A stretch of DNA of 64,000 nt from Tolypothrix carrinoi HA7290-LM1 (GTDB lineage Bacteria > Cyanobacteriota > Cyanobacteriia > Cyanobacteriales > Nostocaceae), in contig JAHHIK010000029.1 of the NCBI GenBank assembly GCA_019358935.1, forward strand, positions 8,734 to 72,733, read 5' to 3'. The position numbers and the translations under genes were made by a program. Shown in pieces: positions 31,301-40,136 of the stretch (position 1 is its first letter; each line of letters starts with the position of its first letter). The notes below the pieces were generated by a model. That model saw only the letters and a list, made by a program, of their open reading frames with translations, did not search any database and was not told the DNA's origin.

Positions 31301-31856
31301 TGTAATCTCGATACGGGCGAATTGATTCTAAGTATAAGTCTTGACCATTGCTGAAAGCTTTGTAACAAGCAAGGACTTCCTTAAAAACTAAGGCAACAGA
31401 CCACCCATCTAGCAACAGATGATGATGACTCCAGGTAAAGTTATAGGAAATGTCAGAAAGTTGAACCAGTGTTAAGCGCATCAATGGTGCTTGCTTAAGT
31501 TCAAAGCCACTAGAGCGATCGCTTTGCAAAAAAAGTTCTAACTTTTGTTGTTGTTCTTCTGGGGAGAGATGCTGCCAATTATACTCCTGCCACGGTAAGG
31601 TTACCTGTCGATGCACAATTTGTACTGGTTCTTTTAAGCCTTCCCAAACAAAGCAGGTTCGTAGAATTGAATGTCGTTCTACAATATGCTGCCATGCGCG
31701 ATGAAACGCTGTAACGTTGAGCTTTCCTTGAAGAGTCCAACTAAATTGTTCAAAATAGACACCAGATTTAGGAGCTGCAAGACTGTGGAACAGAATGCCC
31801 TGCTGCATGGGCGAGAGGGGATAAAAATCTTCTATGTTTTTGTTTTTCACACCCAT
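25386..31856 (-). CDS. Bimodular NRPS C(DCL)-A(Gly)-PCP-C(LCL)-A(Thr)-PCP
   Basis: Codes DILQLGMIWK (Gly) and DFWNIGMVHK (Thr); two GGHSL PCPs; HHLLLDG and HHIVSDG. Confidence 0.96.
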   Translation of the reverse strand: MGVKNKNIEDFYPLSPMQQGILFHSLAAPKSGVYFEQFSWTLQGKLNVTAFHRAWQHIVERHSILRTCFVWEGLKEPVQIVHRQVTLPWQEYNWQHLSPEEQQQKLELFLQSDRSSGFELKQAPLMRLTLVQLSDISYNFTWSHHHLLLDGWSVALVFKEVLACYKAFSNGQDLYLESIRPYRDYIVWLQQQNLSEAETFWRQMLKGFTTPTQLSVNQGARKLLTQTDDYDEGEVKLSVVTTAALQSVAKQHQLTLNTLVQGAWALLLSCYSGQEDVVFGAVTSGRPSTLAKAESMVGLFINTLPIRVQVSPEEFLLPWLEKIKDQLVEARQYEYCPLVKVQGWSEVPKDLSLFESIVVFENYTIDASVRQRDINLEIEDFHGFEKTNYPITLIVIPGDELLLKISCDDSDRFDTDTIKRMLGHLQTLLEGMATNQQQRLGELSLLTEHERHQLLVEWNQTQVEYPQDKCIHELFETQVERTPDAVAVVFEDEQLTYWELNARANQLAHYLRSLGVKSEVLVGICVERSLLMVIGLLAILKAGGAYVPLDPSYPQERIAYILEDSQAPVLLTQASLLEAMPQHKAKVVCLNTDWHLIAQQSQENLFSELTADNLAYVIYTSGSTGKPKGVQIPHIALSNFLYSMRQAPRLTEEDTLLAVTTYSFDIAALELFLPIIVGARLVVASREIVSDGTQLSAKLTDSKATVMQATPATWQLLLAAGWDGDHQLKILCGGEALPRHLANQLLDRCDSLWNMYGPTETTIWSAARLVQTVNNTVPISSPIANTQLYILDQYNQLVPVGVAGELCIGGEGLARGYFHRPDLTAEKFIPNPFSNKSARLYKTGDLAGYLPNGEIEYIGRIDNQVKLRGFRIELGEIETLISQYPAVRETVVIISEDSANSQRIIAYVVAQKEQTLVITELRSFLESKLPNYMVPAAFVTLEALPLTPNGKLDRKALPAPELTQVSSSNITPPSTPIENLLAGVWAEVLGIDKVGIDNNFFELGGHSLIATRVMSQIRQVFQVELPLRYLFEKPTIAGLAKEIEKAIKVDSGVEATNIERIARSPELPLSFAQQRLWFLAQLEPDSPFYNIPAAVRLQGQLNVEALQQSFNEIISRHEALRTNFQTREGQAVAVISKEKPLTLSIFDISELPTNQQEAEIKQQAAQDAQQPFDISSDHLLRVKLLRLGEQEHIILLTMHHIVSDGWSIGVLVQELAKLYQAFCNEQPSSLPALPIQYVDFAAWQRQWLQGEVLKTQKSYWLKHLENAPKVLELPTDHPRPTIQTFRGATYSFKLSPELSAALNKLSQQQGSTLFMTLLAGFQTLLGRYTGSEDIVVGSPIANRNRAEIEGLIGLFVNTLVLRTNLAGNPSFEELLKRVREVALGAYAYQDLPFELLVEQLQPQRDLSHTPLFQVMFVLQNAPISVLELPGLTLTPLESDSGTAQFDLTLSMTEIEEGLVGSLEYNTDLFEESSIQRMAGHLQTLLEGIVANPQQRLSELPLLTKSEQHQLLREWNNTEVEYSQQLCIHQLFEAQVEKTPDAVAVVFEDKQLTYGELNAKANQLAHYLRSLGVKPEVLVGICVERSLLMVIGLLAILKAGGAYVPLDPAYPPERLAFILQDAQVSVLLTQQHLIENLPKNQISVVCLDTNWESIAQQSLQNPISECTTDNLAYIIYTSGSTGQPKGVLVNHSNVVRLLATTEFWYNFNQQDVWTLFHSIAFDFSVWEIWGALLYGGRLIVVPYWLSRSPEDFYKLLLTQQVTILNQTPSAFRQLMQVEKSLGNSNNLSLRKVIFGGEALQLESLRPWFERHGDESPQLVNMYGITETTVHVTYRPLKIADLEVAPASVIGRPIPDLQVYLLDSYGQPVPIAVPGEMYIGGAGVVRGYLNRPELTAQRFISNPFSDKPSARLYKSGDLARYLPNGDIEYLGRIDHQVKIRGFRIELGEIEAVISQYPVVRETVVIVSEGSADSQRIVAYVVPQKEQTLTISELRSFLESKLPNYMMPAAFVTLEALPLTPNGKVDRKALPAPDTVRPELEVVYQPPQTEVEKTIADIWQKLLQVEEVGIHDNFFELGGHSLFLVQVHGKLREILKKDLSVLDLFRYPTINSLANYLNHLKNKQPSSDIMVNVREKIADGKAQQRKRLQKIKSIENTYN
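25798..27266. repeat. Duplicated Thr A-domain coding block, copy 1 (pairs with 33602-35070)
   Basis: Almost base-identical at offset 7804; identical shadow ORFs 26932-27117 and 34736-34921. Confidence 0.95.
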
Positions 31857-31857
31857 G

Positions 31858-34800
31858 TCAGATATCTCCTATAGCTGCTGTAATGGCATCGAGATCGGTT
31901 TGATCCCATTGGCTTTGCTGAAAATTTGCAAAGTCGGAAGGGGTAAAGCCTCCCGCATCGGGAGATTGGCAATGAGCAATAAGCGATCGCAGTGTCTCAA
32001 TAAACTTTTGAGCAAGTACTTCAATCGTGGTGTGCCGATGCAACTTATTGCTGTAAGTCCAGCTCATTTCCAGATGTCCCTGATAAATACCACCGTTAAT
32101 TTCCAGTAAGTGAGTTCGTTTACTTCGCAAACTACGAGTGGAACCACTCGACCCTTGCACTAAGCTAAACAAAGATGATTCTGGTAAAACTTGATCGAAC
32201 TGTCCTAAATAGTTGAAAGCAACTTCAGCCTTTGACGAGGAAAATTGTTCGGCTATTTGCTTGTCCTGACTAAGATAGCGCAGTAATCCATAGCCAATAC
32301 CTCGATTTGGAATTGCTCGTAGCTGCTCTTTAATCGACTTCAAGGCTTTTCCTGGATCGTTGGCATTTTCAAGATTTAGGTGTACTGGGAAAATAGTTGT
32401 GAACCAACCCACAGTCCTCGATAAGTCCACATCCTCGAAGATTTCTTCTCGCCCATGCCCTTCCAAGTCAATTAGTAGAGAATTTTCTCCCGTCCACTGG
32501 TTAAACGTTAATATAAGTGCTGTTAACAATACATCATTAATTTGTGTCCGGTAAGCTGCTGGTACTTGTTGCAGCAAACTTTGGGTTTCTTCTGCGGACA
32601 GCGATATTGATACAATAGAAGCGGTTTCTTCTATATTATTTCTACCAGGAAAATCTCTTGGTATAGGCGAAACCGATTGATATTGTGTTGTATGCCAGAA
32701 GTCTAGCTCTGAAAGTAGTGCTGAAGATTGTGCATATTTTTGTAGACGGCTAGACCATTGTTTGTAAGAAGTTGTTTTGGGTGGCAACTTTATTGCTTTG
32801 CTCTGAATAATTTGCTGGTAAGCTGTTTGAAAATCTTCAATTAAAATTCGCCAAGAGACACCATCAACAGCTAAGTGGTGAATAATCCAAAGCAAGCGGT
32901 TGGCTTGATTGTCGCCCAAGTTGAAAAGCGCAACCCGCAATAACGGTCCTTGTGATAGATTTAAGCTGGCTTGCAGTTTAGTTGCTGCTGCTTCTATTGC
33001 TGCCGATTGTCGATCTTTTGGCAGTACTGAAAAATCGAAGCATGTCAGTGGTATTACATCATCAGGACTAACGATAAGTGCTTGAGTACTAAATTCCTCC
33101 TGTATAAATCGTAAACGTAGGACATCATGATGTTTTTGTAGAGACTCTATGATTTTCTCTAAGACTACAGGGTCAATGTTCTGCTTGCTTTCTAAGAATA
33201 CAGCCTGATTCCAGTGGTGTGCTTCTGGTTGCTTTTGTTCAAAAAACCATTGCTGAATGGGTATTAGCTCTAGCGCTCCAGTTAACACTCCTTGTTCAGC
33301 TTGAACTTTCTGAGTTGTACCAATTACTGTCGCTAATTGGGCAATAGTTTGGTACTGAAACATTTGCTTAGGAGTTAGGTGCAGCCCTGCTTGGTTGACT
33401 TTGGATATTACTTGAAGGCTAAGAATAGAATCTCCACCTAATCTAAAAAAGTTATCGTTTATACCTATATTTTCCAGACCTAATACTTCTGCCCATATAA
33501 CAGCCAACTGCTTTTCAACGGTCGTCTGTGGTGCAATAAAGGTTTCTTCCAATTCAGGTCTTACTGTATCAGATGCAGGCAGCGCTTTGCGATCAAGCTT
33601 ACCATTGGATGTTAGTGGTAGTGCCTCCAATGTGACAAAAGCTGCTGGCATCATGTAGTTCGGCAACTTTGACTCTAAAAAACTACGTAGTTCAGAAATT
33701 GTTAGTGTTTGCTCTTTTTGAGGAACTACATAAGCAACTATTCGTTGAGAGTCTGCTGAACCTTCGCTGACTATAACTACAGTTTCTCGCACTACTGGGT
33801 ATTGGCTGATTACTGCCTCTATTTCTCCCAGTTCAATCCGGAAACCACGTATCTTGACTTGGTGGTCAATCCGACCTAAATATTCAATGTCTCCATTCGG
33901 CAGATAGCGGGCTAAATCACCAGATTTATAAAGGCGTGCGCTTGGTTTGTCACTAAAGGGATTAGAAATAAATCTTTGGGCTGTTAGTTCTGGTCGGTTT
34001 AAATAACCCCGTACCACACCAGCACCACCAATATACATTTCACCTGGTACTGCAATAGGTACTGGCTGCCCATAGCTATCTAGTAAGTAAACTTGCAAGT
34101 CAGGAATTGGACGACCAATAACACTTGCTGGTGCTACTTCTAAGTCTGCTATTTTTAGCGGACGATATGTGACATGCACGGTCGTTTCCGTAATACCGTA
34201 CATATTGACTAACTGTGGTGACTCGTCGCCATGACGCTCAAACCAAGGTCTTAAACTCTCAAGTTGCAACGCTTCTCCACCAAAAATTACTTTTCGCAGG
34301 CTTAAGTTGTTACTATTTCCCAGCGATTTCTCTACCTGCATCAGTTGACGGAAAGCGGAAGGTGTCTGGTTAAGTATCGTTACTTGCTGTGTTAATAGTA
34401 ATTTATAAAAGTCTTCAGGTGAACGACTCAGCCAGTACGGTACTACTATCAATCGTCCACCATAAAGTAAGGCACCCCAGATTTCCCAAACGGAAAAATC
34501 AAAGGCTATAGAATGGAATAGTGTCCATACATCCTGTTGGTTAAAGTTATACCAGAATTCAGTTGTTGCCAACAGACGAACTACATTGCTGTGATTGACT
34601 AAGACACCCTTGGGTTGACCTGTTGAGCCAGAGGTGTAGATAATATAAGCTAGGTTATCAGTTGTACATTCACTAATTGGATTTTGTAAGCTTTGTTGAG
34701 CTATACTTTCCCAATTCGTGTCTAGACAAACAACGCTAATCTGATTTTTCGGTAAATTCTCTATCAGGTGCTGCTGTGTTAGTAATACTGACACCTGAGC

Positions 34801-36606
34801 ATCTTGCAATATGAAAGCTAAACGTTCTGGTGGATACGCCGGGTCTAAGGGTACATATGCACCACCTGCTTTGAGGATGGCTAATAGTCCGATGACCATT
34901 AAGAGCGATCGCTCTACACAAATCCCCACCAATACCTCTGGTTTTACTCCCAGCGAGCGCAAATAATGCGCCAATTGGTTAGCTTTTGCGTTCAGTTCCC
35001 CATAGGTCAACTGTTGGTCTTCAAATACTACAGCTACTGCATCAGGCGTTTTTTCTACTTGCGCTTCAAATAATTCATGGATACATTTATCCTGGGGGTA
35101 ATCAGTAGTTGTATCATTCCAGTTAACTAAAAGAGTCTGACGCTCAGGTTCTGTTAATAGCGGCAAATCTGATAAACGCTTCCCTGGTTGGTTAACAATA
35201 CCCTCTAACAAATTGGTAAAATGCCCCACCATTCTCTCAATAGTCGCAGCATCAAACAAATCTGTGTTGTACTCCCACCACCCCCACAGTTCTGGTTTTG
35301 AATCCACCACATGAAGCGCTAAATCGAATTTAGCTGTTTCACTATGGTTTTGAAGCCATTTTAGAGTTAGTCCTGGTAGCACCAAATCTTTTTTAGTATC
35401 TTCCTGCAAAGCAAAGGTTACTTGAAACAGTGGGGTATGACTGAGATTTCGCTCAGGGTGTAGTTCTCCCACTAATCGATCAAAAGGTAGGTCTGCATGG
35501 GCATAAGCTCCTACGCATACTTGGCGCACTCGATTGAGCAATTCTAAAAAACTTGGGTTTCCAGAAAGGTCTGTACGAAACACAAGGGTATTGACAAAAA
35601 AACCGATTAGTCGTTCAATATCAGCATGGTTGCGATTAGCAATTGGAGAGCCAATGCAAATGTCTTCTTGACTTGTGTAGCGGTACAATTGTGCTTGAAA
35701 TGCCGCTAACAAGGTCATAAACAGGGTAACTCCCTGCTTCTTGCTCAAAGACCTCAGCATACCAGTCAAGTGTGATGATAGCTTAAAAAAGCTAGCTGCT
35801 CCTTTGAAACTTTGTGCTGGAGGTCGCTGACGGTCTATTGGCAGAGACAAAGTGGTTGGAGCATCTGCCAGTTGCTGCTTCCAATATGAAAGTTGGGTTT
35901 TTTCTCGCTCACCTTGCAACCACTGATGTTGCCAGATAGAATAGTCTGCGTATTGAATGGGTAGTTCTGAAAGCGGGGAAGATTTATCAGCAGAGAAAGC
36001 TTCGTATAATACAGCTAATTCTTGGTTAAGCACTTGTATTGACCAGCCATCACAGACAATGTGGTGGATGACTAACAAGAGTAAATGTTCCTGTTCACCA
36101 GTCTGTAATAACATCACTCGCAGCAACGGACTGGATGCTAAGTCGAAAGGCTTTTGAGCAACTTCAGCAGTTAGCCGCTCAACTTCAGCATCTTGCAATG
36201 CTTGGGGTAAGTCGCTCAAGTTGATCATTGGCAACTCTACAGTCAAAGTGGGATGAATTACTTGAACTGGTTGCTCATCTAAAGTTTCAAAAGAGGTTCG
36301 CAGAGATTCATGACGTTTTACAATTTCATTAAGACTCTTCTCTAATGCTGCAAAATTCAGAATACCTTTTAACTGTATACACGCAAATTCGTTGTAAACA
36401 GAACTTTGGGGTTCTAACTGTTGGAGAAACCATAGTCGCTGCTGGGGTGCGGACAGAGGAACTGGACTTTGCTGGGTGCGGCAAGGAATAACTATTTGAT
36501 GAGTATCAGGCTCATGCTCACCTCCTAAGCGCTTTTCTAAAATTGCTTGTTTAGCAGGTGAAAGCTTAGAACGTCGTTTAATAATTTCATCTACTTTGCT
36601 ATCCAT
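31858..36606 (-). CDS. NRPS module C-A(Thr)-PCP-E
   Basis: Code DFWNIGMVHK; PCP GGDSI; E domain HHLAVDGVSW, EGHGRE, RTVGWFT, FNYLGQ; ATG at 36606 preferred over TTG at 36648. Confidence 0.96.
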   Translation of the reverse strand: MDSKVDEIIKRRSKLSPAKQAILEKRLGGEHEPDTHQIVIPCRTQQSPVPLSAPQQRLWFLQQLEPQSSVYNEFACIQLKGILNFAALEKSLNEIVKRHESLRTSFETLDEQPVQVIHPTLTVELPMINLSDLPQALQDAEVERLTAEVAQKPFDLASSPLLRVMLLQTGEQEHLLLLVIHHIVCDGWSIQVLNQELAVLYEAFSADKSSPLSELPIQYADYSIWQHQWLQGEREKTQLSYWKQQLADAPTTLSLPIDRQRPPAQSFKGAASFFKLSSHLTGMLRSLSKKQGVTLFMTLLAAFQAQLYRYTSQEDICIGSPIANRNHADIERLIGFFVNTLVFRTDLSGNPSFLELLNRVRQVCVGAYAHADLPFDRLVGELHPERNLSHTPLFQVTFALQEDTKKDLVLPGLTLKWLQNHSETAKFDLALHVVDSKPELWGWWEYNTDLFDAATIERMVGHFTNLLEGIVNQPGKRLSDLPLLTEPERQTLLVNWNDTTTDYPQDKCIHELFEAQVEKTPDAVAVVFEDQQLTYGELNAKANQLAHYLRSLGVKPEVLVGICVERSLLMVIGLLAILKAGGAYVPLDPAYPPERLAFILQDAQVSVLLTQQHLIENLPKNQISVVCLDTNWESIAQQSLQNPISECTTDNLAYIIYTSGSTGQPKGVLVNHSNVVRLLATTEFWYNFNQQDVWTLFHSIAFDFSVWEIWGALLYGGRLIVVPYWLSRSPEDFYKLLLTQQVTILNQTPSAFRQLMQVEKSLGNSNNLSLRKVIFGGEALQLESLRPWFERHGDESPQLVNMYGITETTVHVTYRPLKIADLEVAPASVIGRPIPDLQVYLLDSYGQPVPIAVPGEMYIGGAGVVRGYLNRPELTAQRFISNPFSDKPSARLYKSGDLARYLPNGDIEYLGRIDHQVKIRGFRIELGEIEAVISQYPVVRETVVIVSEGSADSQRIVAYVVPQKEQTLTISELRSFLESKLPNYMMPAAFVTLEALPLTSNGKLDRKALPASDTVRPELEETFIAPQTTVEKQLAVIWAEVLGLENIGINDNFFRLGGDSILSLQVISKVNQAGLHLTPKQMFQYQTIAQLATVIGTTQKVQAEQGVLTGALELIPIQQWFFEQKQPEAHHWNQAVFLESKQNIDPVVLEKIIESLQKHHDVLRLRFIQEEFSTQALIVSPDDVIPLTCFDFSVLPKDRQSAAIEAAATKLQASLNLSQGPLLRVALFNLGDNQANRLLWIIHHLAVDGVSWRILIEDFQTAYQQIIQSKAIKLPPKTTSYKQWSSRLQKYAQSSALLSELDFWHTTQYQSVSPIPRDFPGRNNIEETASIVSISLSAEETQSLLQQVPAAYRTQINDVLLTALILTFNQWTGENSLLIDLEGHGREEIFEDVDLSRTVGWFTTIFPVHLNLENANDPGKALKSIKEQLRAIPNRGIGYGLLRYLSQDKQIAEQFSSSKAEVAFNYLGQFDQVLPESSLFSLVQGSSGSTRSLRSKRTHLLEINGGIYQGHLEMSWTYSNKLHRHTTIEVLAQKFIETLRSLIAHCQSPDAGGFTPSDFANFQQSQWDQTDLDAITAAIGDI
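33602..35070. repeat. Duplicated Thr A-domain coding block, copy 2
   Basis: Matches 25798-27266 at offset 7804. Confidence 0.95.
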
Positions 36607-36648
36607 AATATTAGTCTTATAATTTATCAATATTTTATTAATAAACAA

Positions 36649-37719
36649 TTAATCAATTACTTGAAAATTTACATACGAAGGTATAGGTTGAATTCGAGTT
36701 AAATCATTTTCAAAAACAACTGAATTTCCATTATTTTCAATTTCTTTAAAGCCAGCAAATTTATAAGATATATACATCATTCTATTGCGATTGTTTGGTA
36801 CAAACTCTGCCAAAAGGCGAACATTATTGCTTTGAGACAAATTCATAACATGATTCATCATAATTGTCCCGACTCCCCTCGACATAACGCGACAAGACAT
36901 TAGTAAAAGCTTGATTGTCCATGATTTAGACTGGCATTCAATCAGAACTAAACCTATTTTTCCATAGCTTCCATACTTATCTTCCAGATTTGCAATCAGC
37001 AGTTTATGATTTTCTGATTGACGAAAATGATTGAGTTCGTCATAGGAGTACGTATAACCAGTTGTGTTCAATTGGTTGGTTCGTAACGTTAATTCTTCTG
37101 CACGCTGCAAATCTTCTTCTTTTGCAGAGGATATTGTGAAATTCATGTTGAGAGTAGCTAAGAATTCATCTGTTGTGCCTACAAATTCTTTCTCTACATT
37201 TTGACGCTCTATATCATTAATATACATCAATCTTCTAATTCGTGAATCTTCCGTAACAAAACGGGGATTCATGACTGCCATATCTAAAATATCTCCTATA
37301 TCATCTGCGTTGATACAGAGAATTTCTGGCAGGGTAAATTTTACTTCTTCTAGTTCAAATAATTGATCATCAACAAAAGCGATCGCATCCAGACCAATAT
37401 TCAGTAACTTAGCAATTTCTTTCAGAGAAGTAGCTTTAGAGTTCCAATTTATTTGTGGATATAAAAAATATTCTGTTAAACCAAATTCATCTAGTTTGGC
37501 TATTGCTGTAGCACGTTCGTTCTTACTAGCTATAGATTGTAGGATACCACGATTATCTAAAGTATGAATAAGATTTACTATATTTTCTCGCCGATAAACT
37601 TTCTCATCTTCCAGCAAAACTCCGTGCCATAGGGTATTATCTAGATCCCAAACGACACATTTAATAACTTTTTTGTCTTTTTGTTTGCTATTTATGTCTT
37701 GCTCTTTAGTACTAATCAT
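36649..37719 (-). CDS. fkbH: FkbH-like glyceryl-ACP transferase/phosphatase (HAD-IIIC; ZmaN-like)
   Basis: KCVVWDLDNTLW, SIASKN, FVDD, RTNQLN, LLMSCRV. Confidence 0.95.
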   Translation of the reverse strand: MISTKEQDINSKQKDKKVIKCVVWDLDNTLWHGVLLEDEKVYRRENIVNLIHTLDNRGILQSIASKNERATAIAKLDEFGLTEYFLYPQINWNSKATSLKEIAKLLNIGLDAIAFVDDQLFELEEVKFTLPEILCINADDIGDILDMAVMNPRFVTEDSRIRRLMYINDIERQNVEKEFVGTTDEFLATLNMNFTISSAKEEDLQRAEELTLRTNQLNTTGYTYSYDELNHFRQSENHKLLIANLEDKYGSYGKIGLVLIECQSKSWTIKLLLMSCRVMSRGVGTIMMNHVMNLSQSNNVRLLAEFVPNNRNRMMYISYKFAGFKEIENNGNSVVFENDLTRIQPIPSYVNFQVID

Positions 37720-37722
37720 ATC

Positions 37723-38907
37723 TTAAATTCTCTCTGCTAATTTATTTTCCAGAATAGTAGGAACAGTTGAAAAAAGATAATCTTGATAACCTGAGTCTGC
37801 GATAGTAATTTCTTGAATTTGAGTACTCCCTTCAATGATTTCCATGATTTTAGAGTCTCGTAAATACCTTTCTACAGGGTATTCACTACTACAACCATTG
37901 CCACCATGAATTTGCACGGCATCATTTGCTATTTTGGTAGCTACTATGGATGCAAAATACTTCGCAATGGAAGTCTCCATAATCGAGTTGGGGTCGTTAA
38001 TGTCTTTGAGATAACCAGCTTGATAACATAATAGCCTTGCTGCTTTCACGTTAGCGATCATCTGACTAATCATTTGGCGGATTAATTGATGTTCTTTAAG
38101 ATAAACGCCAAACTGTTTTCGCTCATTTGTATACTTGATACAAGCTTCCAAACAAGCTTGAGCAATACCTACACAACCCGATGCCACACTATATCTACCA
38201 TAATCAAGTGCAGTAGCAGCAATGTAGGAAAATCCAAAACCCAGTTTACCTACTAAATTTTCTAAAGAAACGTGACAGTTATTAAATTGCAATTCTGCTG
38301 ACATTGAAGCCCTAACACCTAAAATACCAGACATCGGTTTGACTGAAAGTCCTGGACTATTTTTTTCAACTAAAAAAGCAGTGGGTTTACCCTCACATTT
38401 AGCAAAGACCAAAAATACATCTGCTATTTGTCCATAGGTAATCCATTTCTTTTGCCCATTTAAAATATAAGCATCATCAGCAAGTGTTGCTGTTGTTTCT
38501 ACACTTTTGGCATCGCTACCTACATTAGGTTCGCTTAATGCAAAAGCAGCTATCATTTCTCCAGATGCAAATTTGGGAAGCCAATACTGTTTTTGAAATT
38601 TATTACCCCATTTACACAAAGCATGAGCAACCATGTTGTGAACTGTCAGCAAACTCCGCACAGAAGAACATCCCCGTCCAATTTCCTCATTGAGAATGGC
38701 ATAGGTAATCATGTCCATACCTTGACCGCCATATTCGTGAGGTAATATGGCACCGAGAAAACCACGTTCAGCTATTTTTATAATTAGTTTTGGCGGAGTA
38801 AATTCTTTCCTATCCCATTCCCCAGCATCAGGACATATTTCCTGATTGACAAAAGCTCTAAATTCAGCTTTAGCATTTTTTTGTTGAGCAGATAGTTCTA
38901 GTTTCAT
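37723..38907 (-). CDS. Acyl-CoA/ACP dehydrogenase (FkbI/ZmaE-like)
   Basis: AFALSEPNVGSD, GQKKWIT, AVQIHGGNG, EIIEGSTQI; position in the FkbH cassette. Confidence 0.92.
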   Translation of the reverse strand: MKLELSAQQKNAKAEFRAFVNQEICPDAGEWDRKEFTPPKLIIKIAERGFLGAILPHEYGGQGMDMITYAILNEEIGRGCSSVRSLLTVHNMVAHALCKWGNKFQKQYWLPKFASGEMIAAFALSEPNVGSDAKSVETTATLADDAYILNGQKKWITYGQIADVFLVFAKCEGKPTAFLVEKNSPGLSVKPMSGILGVRASMSAELQFNNCHVSLENLVGKLGFGFSYIAATALDYGRYSVASGCVGIAQACLEACIKYTNERKQFGVYLKEHQLIRQMISQMIANVKAARLLCYQAGYLKDINDPNSIMETSIAKYFASIVATKIANDAVQIHGGNGCSSEYPVERYLRDSKIMEIIEGSTQIQEITIADSGYQDYLFSTVPTILENKLAERI

Positions 38908-38944
38908 AATACCATTTATGCCACGTAAAATGGCAATTTATATT

Positions 38945-39196
38945 TTATTGCTGCACGAGAATAGCAGTTTTACTTTCAATTAAATTAGCGATAGAGTTTA
39001 TTGTGCGGAAATTTTCAAATTCTAAGTCTTCGTTTTCAATGACAATCTGAAACTCTTGCTCTACAAACAAAACAAGTTGCATGGCAAACATAGAATTGAC
39101 AAACCCTAGAGCAAAAATGTCTTCATCTGGTTGCAAATCATGATTGCCGAAAAATTTTGAAAGGAAAGTTTTTATTCTAACTTGAATTTGGTTCAT
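38945..39196 (-). CDS. Standalone acyl carrier protein (FkbJ/ZmaD-like)
   Basis: 83 aa, DIFALGFVNSMFAMQLVLFVE; NS-type phosphopantetheine motif typical of glycolate-extender ACPs. Confidence 0.92.
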   Translation of the reverse strand: MNQIQVRIKTFLSKFFGNHDLQPDEDIFALGFVNSMFAMQLVLFVEQEFQIVIENEDLEFENFRTINSIANLIESKTAILVQQ

Positions 39197-39211
39197 TAGT
39201 CTTGATTATTC

Positions 39212-40066
39212 CTATTGATATACGTAAAATCCTTTTCCACTTTTTCTTCCATGCAACCCTGCATCTACCATTTTTTTTAGTAAAGGGCATGGTCTGTACT
39301 TACTATCGTTAAAGTTTTCGTACAAGACTTGGATAGAAAATAAAATGGTGTCTAGCCCAATCAAATCAGCTGTTTCTAAAGGTCCCATTTTGTGCTCAAA
39401 ACAGCTTTTAAAAATTTTGTCTACATCTTCCACTGAGGCAACTTGGTCTTGTAGTAAGAAAATGGCTTCATTAATCGTCAACATTAAAACTCGGTTGGAA
39501 ACAAAACCCGGTGAATCATTAACAATTATGCATTCTTTACCCATCTGAGCTAGCATTTTTTTTGCTGTCTCAATTGTTGTGTCAGAGGTATGATATCCAC
39601 GAATCATTTCCACCATCGGCTTCATGGGTACAGGATTCATAAAGTGAATACCAACAATTTTATCGGCACGCTTGGTGACTGAAGCAATGCGGGTAATGGG
39701 AATAGCTGATGTGTTAGCGGCGAATACGCAATCTGCCGGACAAATAGAATCTAGTAGTGGATATATCTTTCTTTTAATATCCCATTTTTCGGTGACATTT
39801 TCAACTACAAAATCTACATTTTCCAGATTTTTATAGTTTGTCGAAAACTCTATTTTTTCGATGATACCATCTGGAGTTTCTTTGCGCTCGCTTTTTTTGA
39901 ATAAACCCTGAAAGCGGATATTATTCCTGATTTCCTGTTTAGCTTTATCCAGGATATTTTCCGAAATATCTACTAGAATGACTTGATGACCTGTTTGGGC
40001 GAGGTTTTGTGCAACCCCTATTCCCATTACCCCTGCACCAACAACACCTACTGTTTGAATATTCAT
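39212..40066 (-). CDS. 3-hydroxyacyl-CoA/ACP dehydrogenase (FkbK/ZmaG-like)
   Basis: GVVGAGVMG, ANTSAI, GIHFMNP, PGFVSNR, MGPLETADLIGLD. Confidence 0.92.
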   Translation of the reverse strand: MNIQTVGVVGAGVMGIGVAQNLAQTGHQVILVDISENILDKAKQEIRNNIRFQGLFKKSERKETPDGIIEKIEFSTNYKNLENVDFVVENVTEKWDIKRKIYPLLDSICPADCVFAANTSAIPITRIASVTKRADKIVGIHFMNPVPMKPMVEMIRGYHTSDTTIETAKKMLAQMGKECIIVNDSPGFVSNRVLMLTINEAIFLLQDQVASVEDVDKIFKSCFEHKMGPLETADLIGLDTILFSIQVLYENFNDSKYRPCPLLKKMVDAGLHGRKSGKGFYVYQ

Positions 40067-40136
40067 AATTAATCCGGTAAGCGAATATTTTTCCTGATTT
40101 TCAGTTAAGCTTTTCCAAATTAAAATTAGCTTAAAC

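Noticed and set aside
36649..40066. Fatty-acid beta-oxidation operon
   Set aside because: The presence of FkbH and an NS-motif ACP, and the absence of thiolase and hydratase, indicate extender-unit biosynthesis
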